From Octopus sinensis (Eukaryota): 64,000 nt of DNA. The stretch covers positions 1,116,001 through 1,180,000 of the forward strand of contig NC_043011.1 of assembly GCF_006345805.1 (NCBI RefSeq), given 5' to 3'. Shown here piece by piece: positions 13,796 to 26,386 of the stretch. The first letter of the stretch is position 1. Each line of letters begins with the position of its first letter. Under the pieces are notes generated by a model that saw only the letters and a list, made by a program, of their open reading frames with translations, had not been told where the DNA came from and did not search any database. The position numbers were made by a program, and so were the translations under genes.

Positions 13796-14650
13796 CTATT
13801 GGTAACAAATGATTTTAATTTGATGCAGAAATATGTGCAATTTGAATATAGTCTAAGTACACAAATATATGTACGCAGCAAATTGCACTCATGTACATGC
13901 TTACCTAAAGAGATGCACAAGTATGTATGCAGATGACAGCTTAGTTTCAATGTTTTGTCATGCTATTTTAGGCAGCTAGAGTGCAATACTTAGTGAGCCA
14001 TTCTTGGCTACACGAATAGAAGAAAAACTGCTATCTGTCTCTAACCTGCTATTAACCATCATTGGTAACCATGAAAGCTGTCTCCTTTCATTTTCACTTG
14101 TTTACAGTTTAATTTTACCTTAACATTACCTCTGTAGAACAACATGCTTAAAAACATGCTTTTTTTTTTCCTATTCACTGAACATTATCAAATGGTAAAC
14201 ATTTTAATTTTATAAACATGACTATATGTTTGGACATTTTCTAGAGAACATTCTGCAGCATGATTTTCAAAAACATGAAAATATTTTTTCCCATGCTGAC
14301 AAGTTCAAAATATGTAAACTGTGCTTTGATGTGGTAAATTAAGATATGTGATATTTATTTTGTTTAATTTTTTTTTGTTTTTCAACTTGTACTTACAAAC
14401 CATGTGCTGTGTAAATATTATTGAATTAGTCTACCAATAAGCTCAGAAGACATCTATTTAATGTGCATATGTAGGAAATAAAAAGAAAATAAATTATACA
14501 ATTGTTGCAATCTTTGAGAACATTTCTTTTAATTTCCTGAACATGCATAAATTTGTATTTGCAAATATACTTTTAAGGAAACATGTAGGCAAACAAATGC
14601 TACGATATTAGCATATACAAAGATTTACAAACTCATTTACTTGCCTAATA

Positions 14651-15190
14651 CAGGGTGTTTGTGTTAAATTTGATAGTTTATGTAAAAGGAATTGAAAAAA
14701 ACAATGTCCCATTCAAAAATAAAAGTATTTTAAAAAAGGAAAAAATATTAACTAAATCAAGGCTGGGAGATAACAGTTTACTCAAAGTAGTCCCTTTTAG
14801 CTTCCACCATGGCCTCAAGACAGCTCTACTGTGTCCCTAGGAAGGTCTTCAAATAACATCCTTGGTCTTAGCAATCAGCTTGGCCTTGGTGTTGCTGGCA
14901 GAACCGTTGGTATCTTTCTCAACTATACCCAATGTATAGTAATCCATGGGATTACAATAAGGGAAAGTAGGAGGCCAGAAATTGGGGCTGGTGAAATCAT
15001 AAAATTCTTTGACAACCACTTCTGACTCCTTCCAGAAATATGGCAAGAAGCCAAATTTTGCTGCCACATATATGGCTTTCCAGAAGCAACCCTCTTTTGC
15101 CAAAGATTAACTACAATCTCCAGTTGCTTCAAATAGGCATTTGAACTGACCTAGGCCCTGTTCAATGATATATGGATGAATTCCAGTAGG
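14651..15190 (-). mobile_element. Tc1/mariner DD37D(maT)-like transposase relic, 3' part
   Basis: TA-CAGGGTG end; WPPTFPYCNPMDYY resembles the WPPxSPDLNPxDY motif. Confidence 0.8.
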
Positions 15191-15477
15191 CAGACACAGT
15201 CAGAATGCTTGCTCTGTACCTTCCCGTTGGCCATGGCTCCTTAGTCTCCATTGCAACTATACATGTCACATCTTACAACCTTTACAGTGTTCACAGAACA
15301 TTGAGCAGTAGTTCTGATATCAGAATTATGGTACCTGGCATGAATCATCATGATACAAGTAACTCTTTCCTAACATTCAGGTGGCTTCCAGTGTTCTATG
15401 TCAGCTAGCCTTTTCTCAACCACAGCTCTCCAACACTGCTGTCTGTTCACCCATATATATATATATATATATATATG

Positions 15478-15894
15478 CGCAGGAGTGGCTGTGTGGTAAG
15501 TAGCTTGCTTACCAACCATATGGCTCTGGGTTCAGTCCCACTGTGTAGCACCTTGGGCAAGTGTCTTCCACTATAGTCTCCCAAAGCGTGAATTTGGTAG
15601 ACAGAAACTGAAAGAAGCCCGTCGTATATATGTATGTATATATATATATATATATATAAGTGTGTGTGTGTATGTATGTGTCTGTGTTTGTGTCTGTGTT
15701 TGTCCCCCTAGCATCACTTGATAACCGATACTGGTGTGTTTATGTCCCCGTAACTTAGCGGTTCAGCAAAAGAGACCAATAGAATAAGTACAGGGCTTAC
15801 AAAGAATAAGTCCCGGGGTCGATTTGCTCGACTAAAGGTGGTGCTCCAGCATGGCCGCAGTCAAATGACTGAAACAAGTAAAAGAGTAAAGAGT
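15478..15894 (+). mobile_element. SINE family A
   Basis: Head, microsatellite and tail present; small internal deletion. Confidence 0.9.
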
Positions 15895-16269
15895 ATATAT
15901 ATATATATATATCTCATTATCATTAAGGCAAGAAACTGCATTTGACCCTCTGGCTGATAACTGATGAGGATTTGGTGACCCTGTGTGTCTGTTTCCCGTT
16001 TGTTTGTGCATTTATTTTAACTTTATATCTATCTATATGTCTACATATCTATATACCTATATCTATTCATCTTTGTATATGTGTGTGTGTGTGAGTGTTT
16101 GTGTGTGTATGTGTGTGTTTGTGTATGTTTGTGTGAATGAATGAATGATGACATATCTAGTTACCCAGGAGTGCAGAAAGTACCCTTTATGGTTTGGATT
16201 CTTAAACCAATAACTAAAAACCATTCTTTAAATGAATTGTTTTGGTACTTCGAATTATGGTATTCTTTT

Positions 16270-16689
16270 AGTCTTTTACTTGTTTCAGTCATTTGACTGC
16301 AGCCTTGCTGGAGCACCGCCTTTAGTTGAGCAAATCGACCCCAGGACTTATTCTTTGTAAGCCTAGTGCCTATTCTATCAGTCTCTTTTTGCCGAATCAC
16401 TAAGTTATGGGGACATAAACACACCAGCATCGGTTGTCAAGCAATGTTGGAGGGACAAGCAAAGATACACAAACATATACACACACATACATACATACAT
16501 ACATATATATATACACACACACACATATATACAATGGGCTTCTTTCAGTTTCTGTCTACCAAATCCACTCACAAGACTTTGGTTGGCCCGAGGCTATAGT
16601 AGAAGACACTTGTCCAAGGTGCCATGCAGTGGGACTGAACCGGGAACCATGTGTTTGATAAGCAAGCTACTTACCACACAGTTACTCCA
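16270..16689 (-). mobile_element. SINE family A
   Basis: Full-length, moderately diverged. Confidence 0.9.
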
Positions 16690-16775
16690 TTTAAGTTAGA
16701 ATATTACTGGCAATGTTGATACATGCATTGGGTTGAAGACACAATATTTTACACTCATATGGCTTATAGAATTCT

Positions 16776-17275
16776 TTTATTCTTTTACTTGTTTCAGTCA
16801 TTTGACTGTGGGCATGCTGGAGCATCACCTTTAGTTGATCACATTGACCCCAGGACTTAGTCTTTGAAAGCCTAGTGGTCTACCAAATCCACTGACAAAG
16901 CCTTGTGGAGGCACATGGCCTAGTGGTCAGAACAGCGGACTTGTGGTCGAGGGATCGCGGGTTTGAATCTCAGACCGGGTGATGTGTGTGTTTATGAGCG
17001 AAAACACCTAAGCTCCACGTGGCTCAGGCAGAAGGTAATGGCGAACATCTGCTGACTCTTTTGCCACAACTTTCTCTCACTCTTTCCTCCTGCATCTTGC
17101 AGTTCACCTACGACGGACCAGCGTCTTGTCCAGGTGGGGAACCTATATGCCAAGAAACTGGCAAACCGGCCCTTATGAGCCAGGCATGGCTCGAGAAGGA
17201 AAAAACAACAACAACTGACAAGGCTTTGGTCAGCCTGAAGCTAGAGTATAAGCCACTTGTCCAAGGTGCCACACA
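16776..17275 (-). mobile_element. Deleted SINE family A interrupted by SINE B
   Basis: SINE A sequence on both sides of 16907-17215. Confidence 0.75.
16907..17215 (+). mobile_element. SINE family B
   Basis: GGAGGCACATGGCCTAGTGG...GGTTTGAATCTC tRNA-like head; (CAA)n tail. Confidence 0.9.
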
Positions 17276-17325
17276 CTATGTTGTATTTATTATTTGTGGT
17301 ACTTATTGGAGTTTATTCTTGATGT

Positions 17326-17564
17326 CGCCAAGGTGGGGAGCTGGCAGAAACGTTAGCATGCCGGGTGAAATGCGTAACCATATTTCGTCTGCCCTTTTAT
17401 GTTCTGAGTTCAAATTCCGCCGAGGTCGACTTTGCCTTTCATTTTTTCGGGGTCGATAAATTAAGTACCAGTTACGTACTGGGGTCGATAGAATCTACTT
17501 AATCCGTTCATCTGTCCTTGTTTGTCCCCTCTATGTTTAGCTCCTTGTGGGCAATAAAGAAATA
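17326..17564 (+). mobile_element. tRNA-derived SINE family C (CORE-like middle)
   Basis: GAGCTGGCAGAAACGTTAGC head, GCCTTTCAT..GGGGTCGATAAATTAAGTACCAG core; TSD TATTCTTGATGT. Confidence 0.88.
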
Positions 17565-17974
17565 TATTCTTGATGTTGCTTAGCATCAGTGTGTATTTGT
17601 AATATTGAACTCTCTGGTAAATAAAGACCCCACTAAACAGTGCAGTAATAAGTTGTAAATGCATAGCAACCAAGCGCAATAATAATGAATAATTTTTGTT
17701 GATCAAATTTTTTCTTTTTTATGAATATTGTTATAGCTCACTTGCATAATCAAATTATTTTATCAATGTGCAGAAAATACATTCCTAAAACTAATAAATA
17801 CTTTGCAGTATAAAGATAAGCACAATGAAACTTTGTTGAGTAGGGGTAAGTGCATTACTTTTAGTATTTATAATCATTCATAAGTTTTGTTTAAACATTA
17901 ACTACAGACATAAGAGCACGTCTAAAGAAGTTCTTTTACTTAAGTTCATGATGTTATTATCTTCACTGTTGACT

Positions 17975-18525
17975 AAGCATGCAATGTACTCATTTCTCTC
18001 GTTATTGTCCAGTGTTTTCTAAGTGACACAATGCAGTACTTGAAAGCTGTTTGGACTGATCTCTACAGCCATCTTTACCAATAAAACTGGATCCTGTCAG
18101 CATCACTGTTGATGTGGAAGCTACCAGTCATTGCTAGTTTCTTCCTAGTTTTGATGTTCAAGTTGCAGATTCCATGAAGTGCTCAGTCTTGTTGGTGCTA
18201 GCACTTGCACTATGAAGGCATTGTAGGATGCAATTTTTTATTGAATAGTGACATCTCTGACTTCCATATCTTCTGAAATCTGCTGAAGTATTCTTTTGTC
18301 ACCCTAACTTTACTCACAGCACCAACATATGTAATGTCTTCATCAGTTCCAAGGCTTTTGTAAGATTCATCACTAGTGATAAGGAACATAGGAAGGCTAT
18401 TGATAATCATATTCCTTGCTTGGTTGACAATCTTTCCTTGTTTGACTACCAAATATGGACACATGTCCTGATCAAACTTCATTCCTGAGTCCTATGAAAA
18501 TGTGACCAGGCTTAACTGCTTCTTG
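17975..18525 (-). mobile_element. R4/Dong-like non-LTR retrotransposon relic (RT C-terminal region)
   Basis: GMKFDQDMCPYL, ESYKSLGTDEDITYVG..KEYFSRFQKIWKSEMS, NIKTRKKLAMTGSFHINSDADR resemble R4-clade RT/thumb motifs (recalled). Confidence 0.7.
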
Positions 18526-18849
18526 GTCTCATGAATACTACTCATGCATAGTTTAAAATTATCAACAAGATGGGTATGTATGTATCCATGCATGCATGCC
18601 TGCCTGCCTGTCATTATTCACTTTATTTCAAGATTTCTTGCCAATAGAGAAAGAACCAGTTTCTAACATAGATACAAGGCTCCTTTATTGGAATTCCAAC
18701 ATCAACAACAGGGTATTTTTGTTTGTATGTATGTATATATGTGCAGATTGTATGTTTTATCTATGTATTCTCATGCATATAGTTGCATATCTAGACATGC
18801 TCATATACATATTTAAATGATAAACTTTTGGAAAGTTTTACAAATTCTT

Positions 18850-19212
18850 TACAGTTCCAGTGATGGATTGGATCTGCAGTCTTCCAATTAGTTTTCTCCT
18901 TTCTGGTTTTGAGAAGCCTAATTGTATCCGATGATGCAATGCAGTAGAGTTGTGCAACTTCTTTGGGCATGTATTCTAGGTTATCAAACAAAGAGTGTTG
19001 CTCAAGAAGCTGCCTTCCCAGTCTTATGATGTTATCAACTTCATGCATGCAAACTTGGTCAAAGGATGCACTTCGACACTTGGTGGTTAAAAGATGTTGC
19101 TGAAGGGATATGATATGACATTCAAAGGCATTTAGGATCGATGTTAAGCCTCTTCCACCTTGTTTTCATTTTAGGTAGCAGCGGTCTACAACACTGTTTA
19201 TGTGGAAGTTAT
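18850..19212 (-). mobile_element. Second R4/Dong-like relic
   Basis: NFHINSVVDRCYLK*KQGGRGLTSILNAFECHIISLQQHL, homologous to the end of the 17975-18525 fragment. Confidence 0.7.
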
Positions 19213-19395
19213 GTGTGTTTGTTAGTGTGTATATGTATATATGCATATATATATATTTATGTGTAATGTTTGTGTGCATATATAAGAAATTTTCTGTAAA
19301 ACATATCTGATGAATCTGATGAGAGGAATGCGCTAATAATAATTATTCAAATTTCTGACCACCTCCTTTATCTTATATATATGTATGTATATATA

Positions 19396-20402
19396 CAGGG
19401 TTGGACAAAATAATAGAAACACCTAGTATCATAGCATCATAATTTTGAAATATCTATAAAACCATCAAAAGCTTGTTTATTTTTATGTTTTTTGATTTTT
19501 TTTATTAGTGTTGCTTAATATGTTAATGCTAAAATTGCTGTTGCTTTTCGGATATCATCAGAAAAAAGTAATTAAAATCCATTAAAATGACAGATCTATC
19601 AAACTTTCAAAGTGATCAAATTGTTGGTGCTCATATAGCAGGCGCTAGTGTAACAGAAACAACTGAAATGTTTGGTGTATCAAGAAGTACTGTCTTGAAA
19701 ATAATGACAGCCTTTGAGAAAGAGGGAAAAACCCCGTTGTTGAAACAAAACTCCGGAAGAAAACCGAAACTTTTAGATAGGAACCGTCGGACTCTTACAT
19801 GAATTGTTAGAAAGGATCACAAAAGTACAGCTCCCGAAATTACTCCAGAGCTTAATAACCACCTTGAGAACCCAGTTTCTACAAAAATTGTTCACAAGGA
19901 GCTACACAAAGCTAGCTATCATAAACGTTGCAAAGCATTTAGAGGGGAGTAAAAACCCACAGAATTCGTCCCTAGAGCAGTGGAAGAATTTTATTTTCTC
20001 GGATGAGTTATCCTTTACCTTATTTCCAACCACCGGCCAAGTATACATGTGGAATCAGCCAAAAGAAGCATTTGACCCAGACTGCCATCTTCCAACTGTT
20101 AAACATGGAGGAGGATCTGTGATGATCGGGACAGGGGCTATATCTTGAAATCCACTGGCCCAATGGTTTACCTTCATGACAGAATTAATAGTCAAGACTA
20201 TTTAAGCATTTTATCTGATTAAATTCATCTTATGTTTGAGGAACTGTTTCTGGAGGGAAACGCAATCTTTCATGATGGTAATGCACCAATTCACATAGCT
20301 AAAGTTGTTACTGAATGGCACGAGGAACATTCTAGTGAAGTTGAACATCTTCTCTGGCCACCACAGTCCCCAGATTTCGATATTATTGAACATTTATGGT
20401 GT
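19396..20402 (+). mobile_element. Tc1 (DD34E) transposon relic, right end missing
   Basis: TA-CAGGGTTGG left end; HTH (LSNFQSDQIVGA), FSDELSF, HDGNAPIH, WPPQSPDFDIIEHLW; stops and frameshifts. Confidence 0.9.
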
Positions 20403-20615
20403 GGAGACATCCTGTTTGCCACAGGGACAGAACGACTGAGGAGCCACTGGTTGCCGAAGCAGACACTCCGAGGATTTTCACCAGAGCCCCGTCTGCTGGG
20501 TTGTGGCCCTAATACCACTCGGTGTCAGACCAATCCTCCTTGGGTGGCCCTACCAGGAACTGAAGTTCCCGACGGCATAGCTCTGACACTACCCGTTGCC
20601 ACCCATGGCAACTAA

Positions 20616-20700
20616 AATGTTCAGTGTCTGCTTTTAGTTCTATGAGATTAGAGGTGGGTGTAGGGGTAAATTTGAAACCTTTTGATAGAAGACTCATTTA
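20616..20700 (-). mobile_element. Penelope-like element, RT N-terminal fragment
   Basis: LLSKGFKFTPTPTSNLIELKAD resembles the PLE LLxKGLKFxPTP motif. Confidence 0.6.
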
Positions 20701-21655
20701 ATTCTTTTTTATATATAAATTTATAATTTTAGGGTCTTTGTGTCCTGTGGGCTTATTTAAATTTTTTGTTTCATCAGGTTCGAAGATTGGTTGTAACATT
20801 TTCTTTTTAAAAATGTAGTATTACGCCTCCATTTTATGCTTTCTTCCTGTTTTCCTTTATTTCTCCCTTTCTTTAAAACAAAACAAAATTGACATCTTGA
20901 AATATCATTAGCATCAGCCAACTATAAAAAAAAAGTTACAAATCACAGACCATCCCCAAACACATTCATTTTTTCTGCTTTCTTTTTCTTTTCTGCCTTT
21001 CTTTCTGTCTTCCTCTCTTTCTTTTTCTCTTCCTTCCAATCATCTTTTCTTTCTCCATTTTTAAACAAAAAACAAATCCTTTTTTAGATTTATATAAATG
21101 GCAGAGAAATTTTCTGTAAAAGCCTGTTTTGAGGAGTCTCCATTAATTAGATGAAAGCACTAATAAAGAATTATCCAAAATTCTGACTACTTCCTTTTTC
21201 TTAATATATAAAATCTGTACATCACTTCAAACAATCTACTCACACACACACACATGCACACACACACACACACACACACACACCACACACACACACACAC
21301 ACATGCACACACACACACACCCAATAGAAGAAAAATATAAACAGGCAGACAACAAGTATAAAGTCATTTATGACTTACTTATAAATATATTTTATTACGG
21401 AGATGTACTTGCATAGCGAGTGACTTGATCTGAGATCGTGTGCTGGAACGAAAACAATTGCAGCACGAAGTTTTGTCAGTGAACAGGTCGCGCTCTCAAA
21501 GTGACGAAAATATTTTGACAAATTAAATTTAAATGCTGAAGTGAATCTAACGGTTTTGTGTGTTTCTTAAATGGCTTATAAACACCTTTGACGCTGCAAT
21601 TATAATTATATTACATATTGAAAAGGAATGCATACATACATGAACAAGATATATA

Positions 21656-22700
21656 CAGGGTGTGTAAGATATTTAAGGACAGATTTATGTTTATAAAAAA
21701 ATATATATAATAACAGATAATAACTTTATTTATCAAAAAATGCTATGAGGATAAAAATAAACCTTCTTTTCTATAATGTTATTCAATAAATCTACCTTCC
21801 ACTTCAGCAACTGCTTCTATATGAGATCTAAATCATCCACATGCTCGAATCGAGTAGTTCTGATTAATTTTGGACATTACTCTGACTATGGCAGCTTTCA
21901 AAGAATCTTTGGTGTTATGGTCGTGTTCATTAACCTCTCTCTCTCTCTCTCATCAATGCTTCACATGTAATAGTCCAATGGATTGAAATTTGGGGAATTA
22001 GGAGGCCAAATGTTAGGGGTTATGTGATCAAGAAAATTCTCAGCCAACAATTCCTGTGTTACTAGAGCCATGTGTGATAGTGCATGAGTCTTACTGAAAC
22101 ACATATGGCCTTCCGTTGCATACACTGTCAACTCTAAGGCATTGAGGAAAGAAGTAAGGAGGTATCACGTGTCATTCATTGGTGACAACCCTTAAAACCA
22201 TGACAGTTGCAGGAAATTTTGTATGCATAACACTTGGAACTTCAGAAGGGTCTGCACATGACCATATATCATCTCTTCTGTTAACTTTTTGATCTTGGTT
22301 GAAGTTTTTCTCATTTGAGAAAAACCAAATCAAATCTTCTTCTGCTGGATTTTTCAGTTTGTTTAAGAGCCTTTTAGATCTGATGTAGTGATTTTCTTTT
22401 GCTTTTCCTGACAAATTGACCTTTGCTCATCATTTAAGACTTATATCAGATGTCTTCATGAATAACATTTCTGACTGTTTCTTCTGACACATGAGGATAT
22501 TTTGCAATTAATCTCATGGATTTTCTGGAATTGTAATCAATAATCTCTTCTGATGATTTCAGAGCATTTAGAATGTCTTTTATGCTTTGATACTGATTAT
22601 ATGTTTCCATATTCAGTCTCTAGCTTCTTACAAACTTTGTAAACAAAAGATCTGGCAACTTTTAAAAATTGAGATATTTCTAAATTGCTATGCTCAGCCT
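21656..22700 (-). mobile_element. DD37D(maT)-like mariner relic
   Basis: TA-CAGGGTG end; IWFFSNEKNF..DQKVNRRDD, TKFPATVMVL; far boundary approximate. Confidence 0.82.
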
Positions 22701-22915
22701 TTATAACCATAATAACAGCATGTCTCTTCATTTCTTGAATAAGCTGAGAGTCTGCTGTTATTATTTTCTGAAACAAAGATTATACAGAGCTAGCAAAACA
22801 TGCAGCAATGACCCCAAAAAAGCATGTCCTCAAATACCTTATGCACCCTGTGTACATCTCTCCAACTACAAATCCTCTTTCAGGGTTCTGGAAAGGAGAT
22901 ATGCTACATCCTTAG

Positions 22916-22950
22916 CTGAAACTGAAAGAAGCCCGTCATATATATGTATA

Positions 22951-23005
<55 letters not shown>

Positions 23006-23205
23006 TTGTGTGTATGTGTTTGTGTGTCTGTGTTTGTCTCCCCAACATCGCTGGTGTGTTTACATCCCCGTAACTTAGCGGTTCAGCGAAAGAGACTGAT
23101 AGAATAAATACTAGGCTTACGAAGACTAAGTCTTGGTGTCGATTTGCTCGACTAAAAGGCGGTGCTCCAGCATGGCCACAATCAAATGACTGAAACAAGT
23201 AAAAG
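22916..23205 (+). mobile_element. SINE family A, 3' half
   Basis: From GAAACTGAAAGAAGCCCGTC to the tail. Confidence 0.85.
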
Positions 23206-24553
23206 ATTTTTTTTGCATCCAAAACATCTCAGCTTGACGTCTTTTCAAGACTGTAGGGAGACTTTAATTCTAGCTGACCAAATGACTGTATAGAAACTTC
23301 TATACTGGCTTCCCTTTAAAGTTTATTTCTTAATTAGGTGAAAGGTCAAATATTGTTGTTTGAATAAATCCTAGAATTTTACTGCTGCATGATTTATTGG
23401 TTGAGCAAGTATGACAGGAAGTAGTAATCCAATATGAAACTAAATGCTGTAAAGCATTTAGTTCAATACTCTACTGTCTCTGCTTACTCATAATCTTTCT
23501 TATAACAATAGTATCGATTTCTATCATTGACACAATGTAAGAAATACATTGGAGACTTTTATAGTTGATTAAATTGACAAGAGCATGGAGCTAGTAATTG
23601 CTTCAGCTCACTTGGAGCAATGAATGGCAAAGGATATTCAGGTAGGATTTGAGTTCAGAAAGCAGAAAGTTGGCACTTAATACTGGAAGATATTTAAACT
23701 GAAACTTTACTCTTTCATCTCTTTAACTCTCCTCCATTTAACTGTAATATTCACATATTTGTATCTATAATATAACATTGGCTCCAAATTTAAAAACACA
23801 ACTATTTTATATCTTTAGTAAATTGAAATTTTCTACTAAAAGTTATTTTGAGATAAAAATTTTATAAAATATAGATAAAATTTGAATATTGGAAATTAGA
23901 GAAATATGAAGTTAAAGCACCCTAATTTTAATTAGAGTGAAAAAAATGAAATCAGTTTTATTAATCAGGAATATTTTTCTCTGAATAAGGTATAAAATGT
24001 AGAAATTTTACTTGAGGACTAACTAAGCAAGGTCACAATTTTGTTTTCCATTAGTTAATGAAACTGCATAAATTTCATAAGAAAAAAAATCCAAGCTAAG
24101 TTTGTTCAGCAATATTTAATATGAGAATCGCAGAAATTGATTACCAATTTTTTATACTGAATGGTCTGAATATTATCAATATTTCAATTATAGTTTACAA
24201 TATTTCATATTTTTTTGTATATTCTGGTAGCGTTTCATTCTTATCTTGGCAAAATATGAAGAAATTGCATCCTAATTATCTTGGAAATTTTTTTGCCATC
24301 CTTAAGTTTAGATATTTTACCATGTAAATGTGTACCATGTAAATGATATTATCAGTTGGGTACATCAACTATTTGTTTAGGTGAGATTCTGATTCTAGGA
24401 AAAAGGTCAAATGTAATTGCTGTCATTTCCATTCCTCTTTGTAATTTCTAAGATTAAGAAGTCATTTCTGGAAAGAGGACTATTTATATCACCTTAAATC
24501 ATATTCTATTATAACAATTTGAATATAAAAAAAATCTTGACCATACAACTTAC

Positions 24554-24660
24554 CTGAATGCAGGTATACATTCTAATTCCTATGTGCAATATTGTAGAAC
24601 ATTTACACCCATGAACAACATTAGAGTAACTAAAGTCCCACATTCTAAAAGTACTTAAAT
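24554..24660 (-). CDS. Candidate internal exon of an unidentified gene
   Basis: Acceptor gatttcacag, donor CAG|GTAAGT, one open frame (DLSTFRMWDFSYSNVVHGCKCSTILHIGIRMYTCIQ). Confidence 0.25.
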
Positions 24661-24843
24661 CTGTGAAATCAATGTGACTTGGATACTTTTTAGTAATACC
24701 TTCAATTACATGTATGTTATTGTTGCTGCTTTGTCTCCAACAAGCAAGTCTATGGTATTTATAAATTATAATTAATGGAGCAGATATGTCAAAGGTGCTC
24801 CAGCTATAATTAGACCATATTTTTTCTAGATACTGTGTTTTTT

Positions 24844-25555
24844 GAGTAAAGATTTTTGCCAACATAAAATAGCAGTCCTGGTTTAGGACGACTGTTGCTG
24901 TAATTTAGCCCCAGGAGACATTGTTTCCTGCTGGCTATATGACACGATCTCTCTCTCTTTTACTCTTTTACTTGTTTCAGTCATTTGACTGTGGCCATGC
25001 TGGAGCACCACCTTTAGTCGAGCAAATCGACCCCAGGACTTATTCTTTGTAAGCCTAGTACTCATTCTATCAGTCCCTTTTGCCAAACTGCTAAGTTACG
25101 GGGACGTAAATACACCAGCATCAGTTGTCAAGCGATGTTGGGAGGACAAACACAGACACACAAACACATACACACACATACATATATATATACATATATA
25201 CGACGGGCTTCTTTCAGTTTCCGTCTACCAAATCCACTCACAAGGCTTTGGTCGGCCTGAGGCTATAGTAGAAGACACTTGCCCAAGGTGCCACATAGTG
25301 GAACTGAACCCTGAACCATGTGGTCGGTAAGCAAGCTGCTTACCACACAGCCAATCCTACGATCAGTGTCCTTATATTTTTGAACAAGGGAATCTAGCAC
25401 TCCTACTCAGCTCAAAACAACATCTCTGTATTGAAAATATAAGGACACGGATTGTGTCATATAGCCAGTTGTAGGCGATGTCTCCTGGGGCTAAATTACA
25501 GCAACATTCATCCTAAACCAGGACTGCCGTGTTATGTTGGCAAAAATCTTTACTC
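24844..25555. mobile_element. Foldback (palindromic) MITE-like element interrupted by SINE A
   Basis: Inverted arms of about 130 bp (GAGTAAAGATTTTTGCCAACATAA...GTGTCCTTATATTTT) around a loop of about 40 bp once the SINE is removed. Confidence 0.8.
24950..25359 (-). mobile_element. SINE family A
   Basis: Full-length; ACGATC duplicated at 24944-24949 and 25359-25364. Confidence 0.9.
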
Positions 25556-25999
25556 CAAAGTAATGTTGCCGAATATCTCTGGTTGTGAGATTTGAAAATA
25601 GTAATTTCTGTGTTTTCCCTTCTATTGTTTAGTTACTGGGGAAGGCCTTTATGACTCCTTATTTTTTTTTCAAAACCTTCTCTGAGCTTGCTGGGAAGAA
25701 TTGAGTAGGTTATTATCATACTTGATACCTTGTTTGAATACTTGCAACAGAAAAATATTGCTAAAAGCATTCAAGGACTAGGTGATGGTATTAATCTGAA
25801 CTCAAAGAGCCAAACTAATTAATGCAAGGCATCCTATCTAATTCTCTGTCAATTTTTCCACTCTTTCATTCTCAACTGATGCTTTATTTTGTTAACTCCA
25901 AAAAGATACAAAAGTAAAGTTGATCTTGAGGGAATTTGAATACAGCATGCAAAAACAAACCGAACAAGTGCCTCAAATTATTTTGTCTTATGTACTTTT

Positions 26000-26386
26000 T
26001 TTCTTTTTACTTGTTTCAGTCATGTGACAGTGGCCATGCTGGAGCACCGCCTTTAGTCGAGCAAATCGACCCCAGGACTTATTCTTTGTAAGCCTAGTTA
26101 CGCTAAGTTACGGGAATGTAAACACACCAGCATCAGTTGTCAAGCGATGTTGGGGGGGGGGGACAAACACAGACACACAAACATATACATACATATATAT
26201 ACATATATATATATATACACACACGACGGGCTTCTTTCAGTTTCCGTCTACCAAATCCACTCACAAGGCTTTGGTCGGCCCGAGGCTATAGTAGAAGACA
26301 CTTGCCCAAGGTGCCACACAGTGGGAACGAACCCGGAACCATGTGGTTGGCAAACAAGCTACTTACCACACAGCCACTCCTACGCC
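26000..26386 (-). mobile_element. SINE family A
   Basis: Near full-length, small deletion. Confidence 0.9.

Noticed and set aside
15955-16000. Hammerhead at CTGATGAGG (15961)
   Set aside because: No downstream GAAA or stem I; at most a relic.
16907-16980. tRNA genes at SINE heads (also 29240, 42986, 60310)
   Set aside because: A/B boxes are present, but each continues into a SINE body with tail and TSD and has no intact cloverleaf.
19305-19380. Hammerhead at CTGATGA (twice), and a related relic near 21120-21160
   Set aside because: Core incomplete (GAAA missing at 19.3 kb, CTGANGA missing at 21.1 kb).
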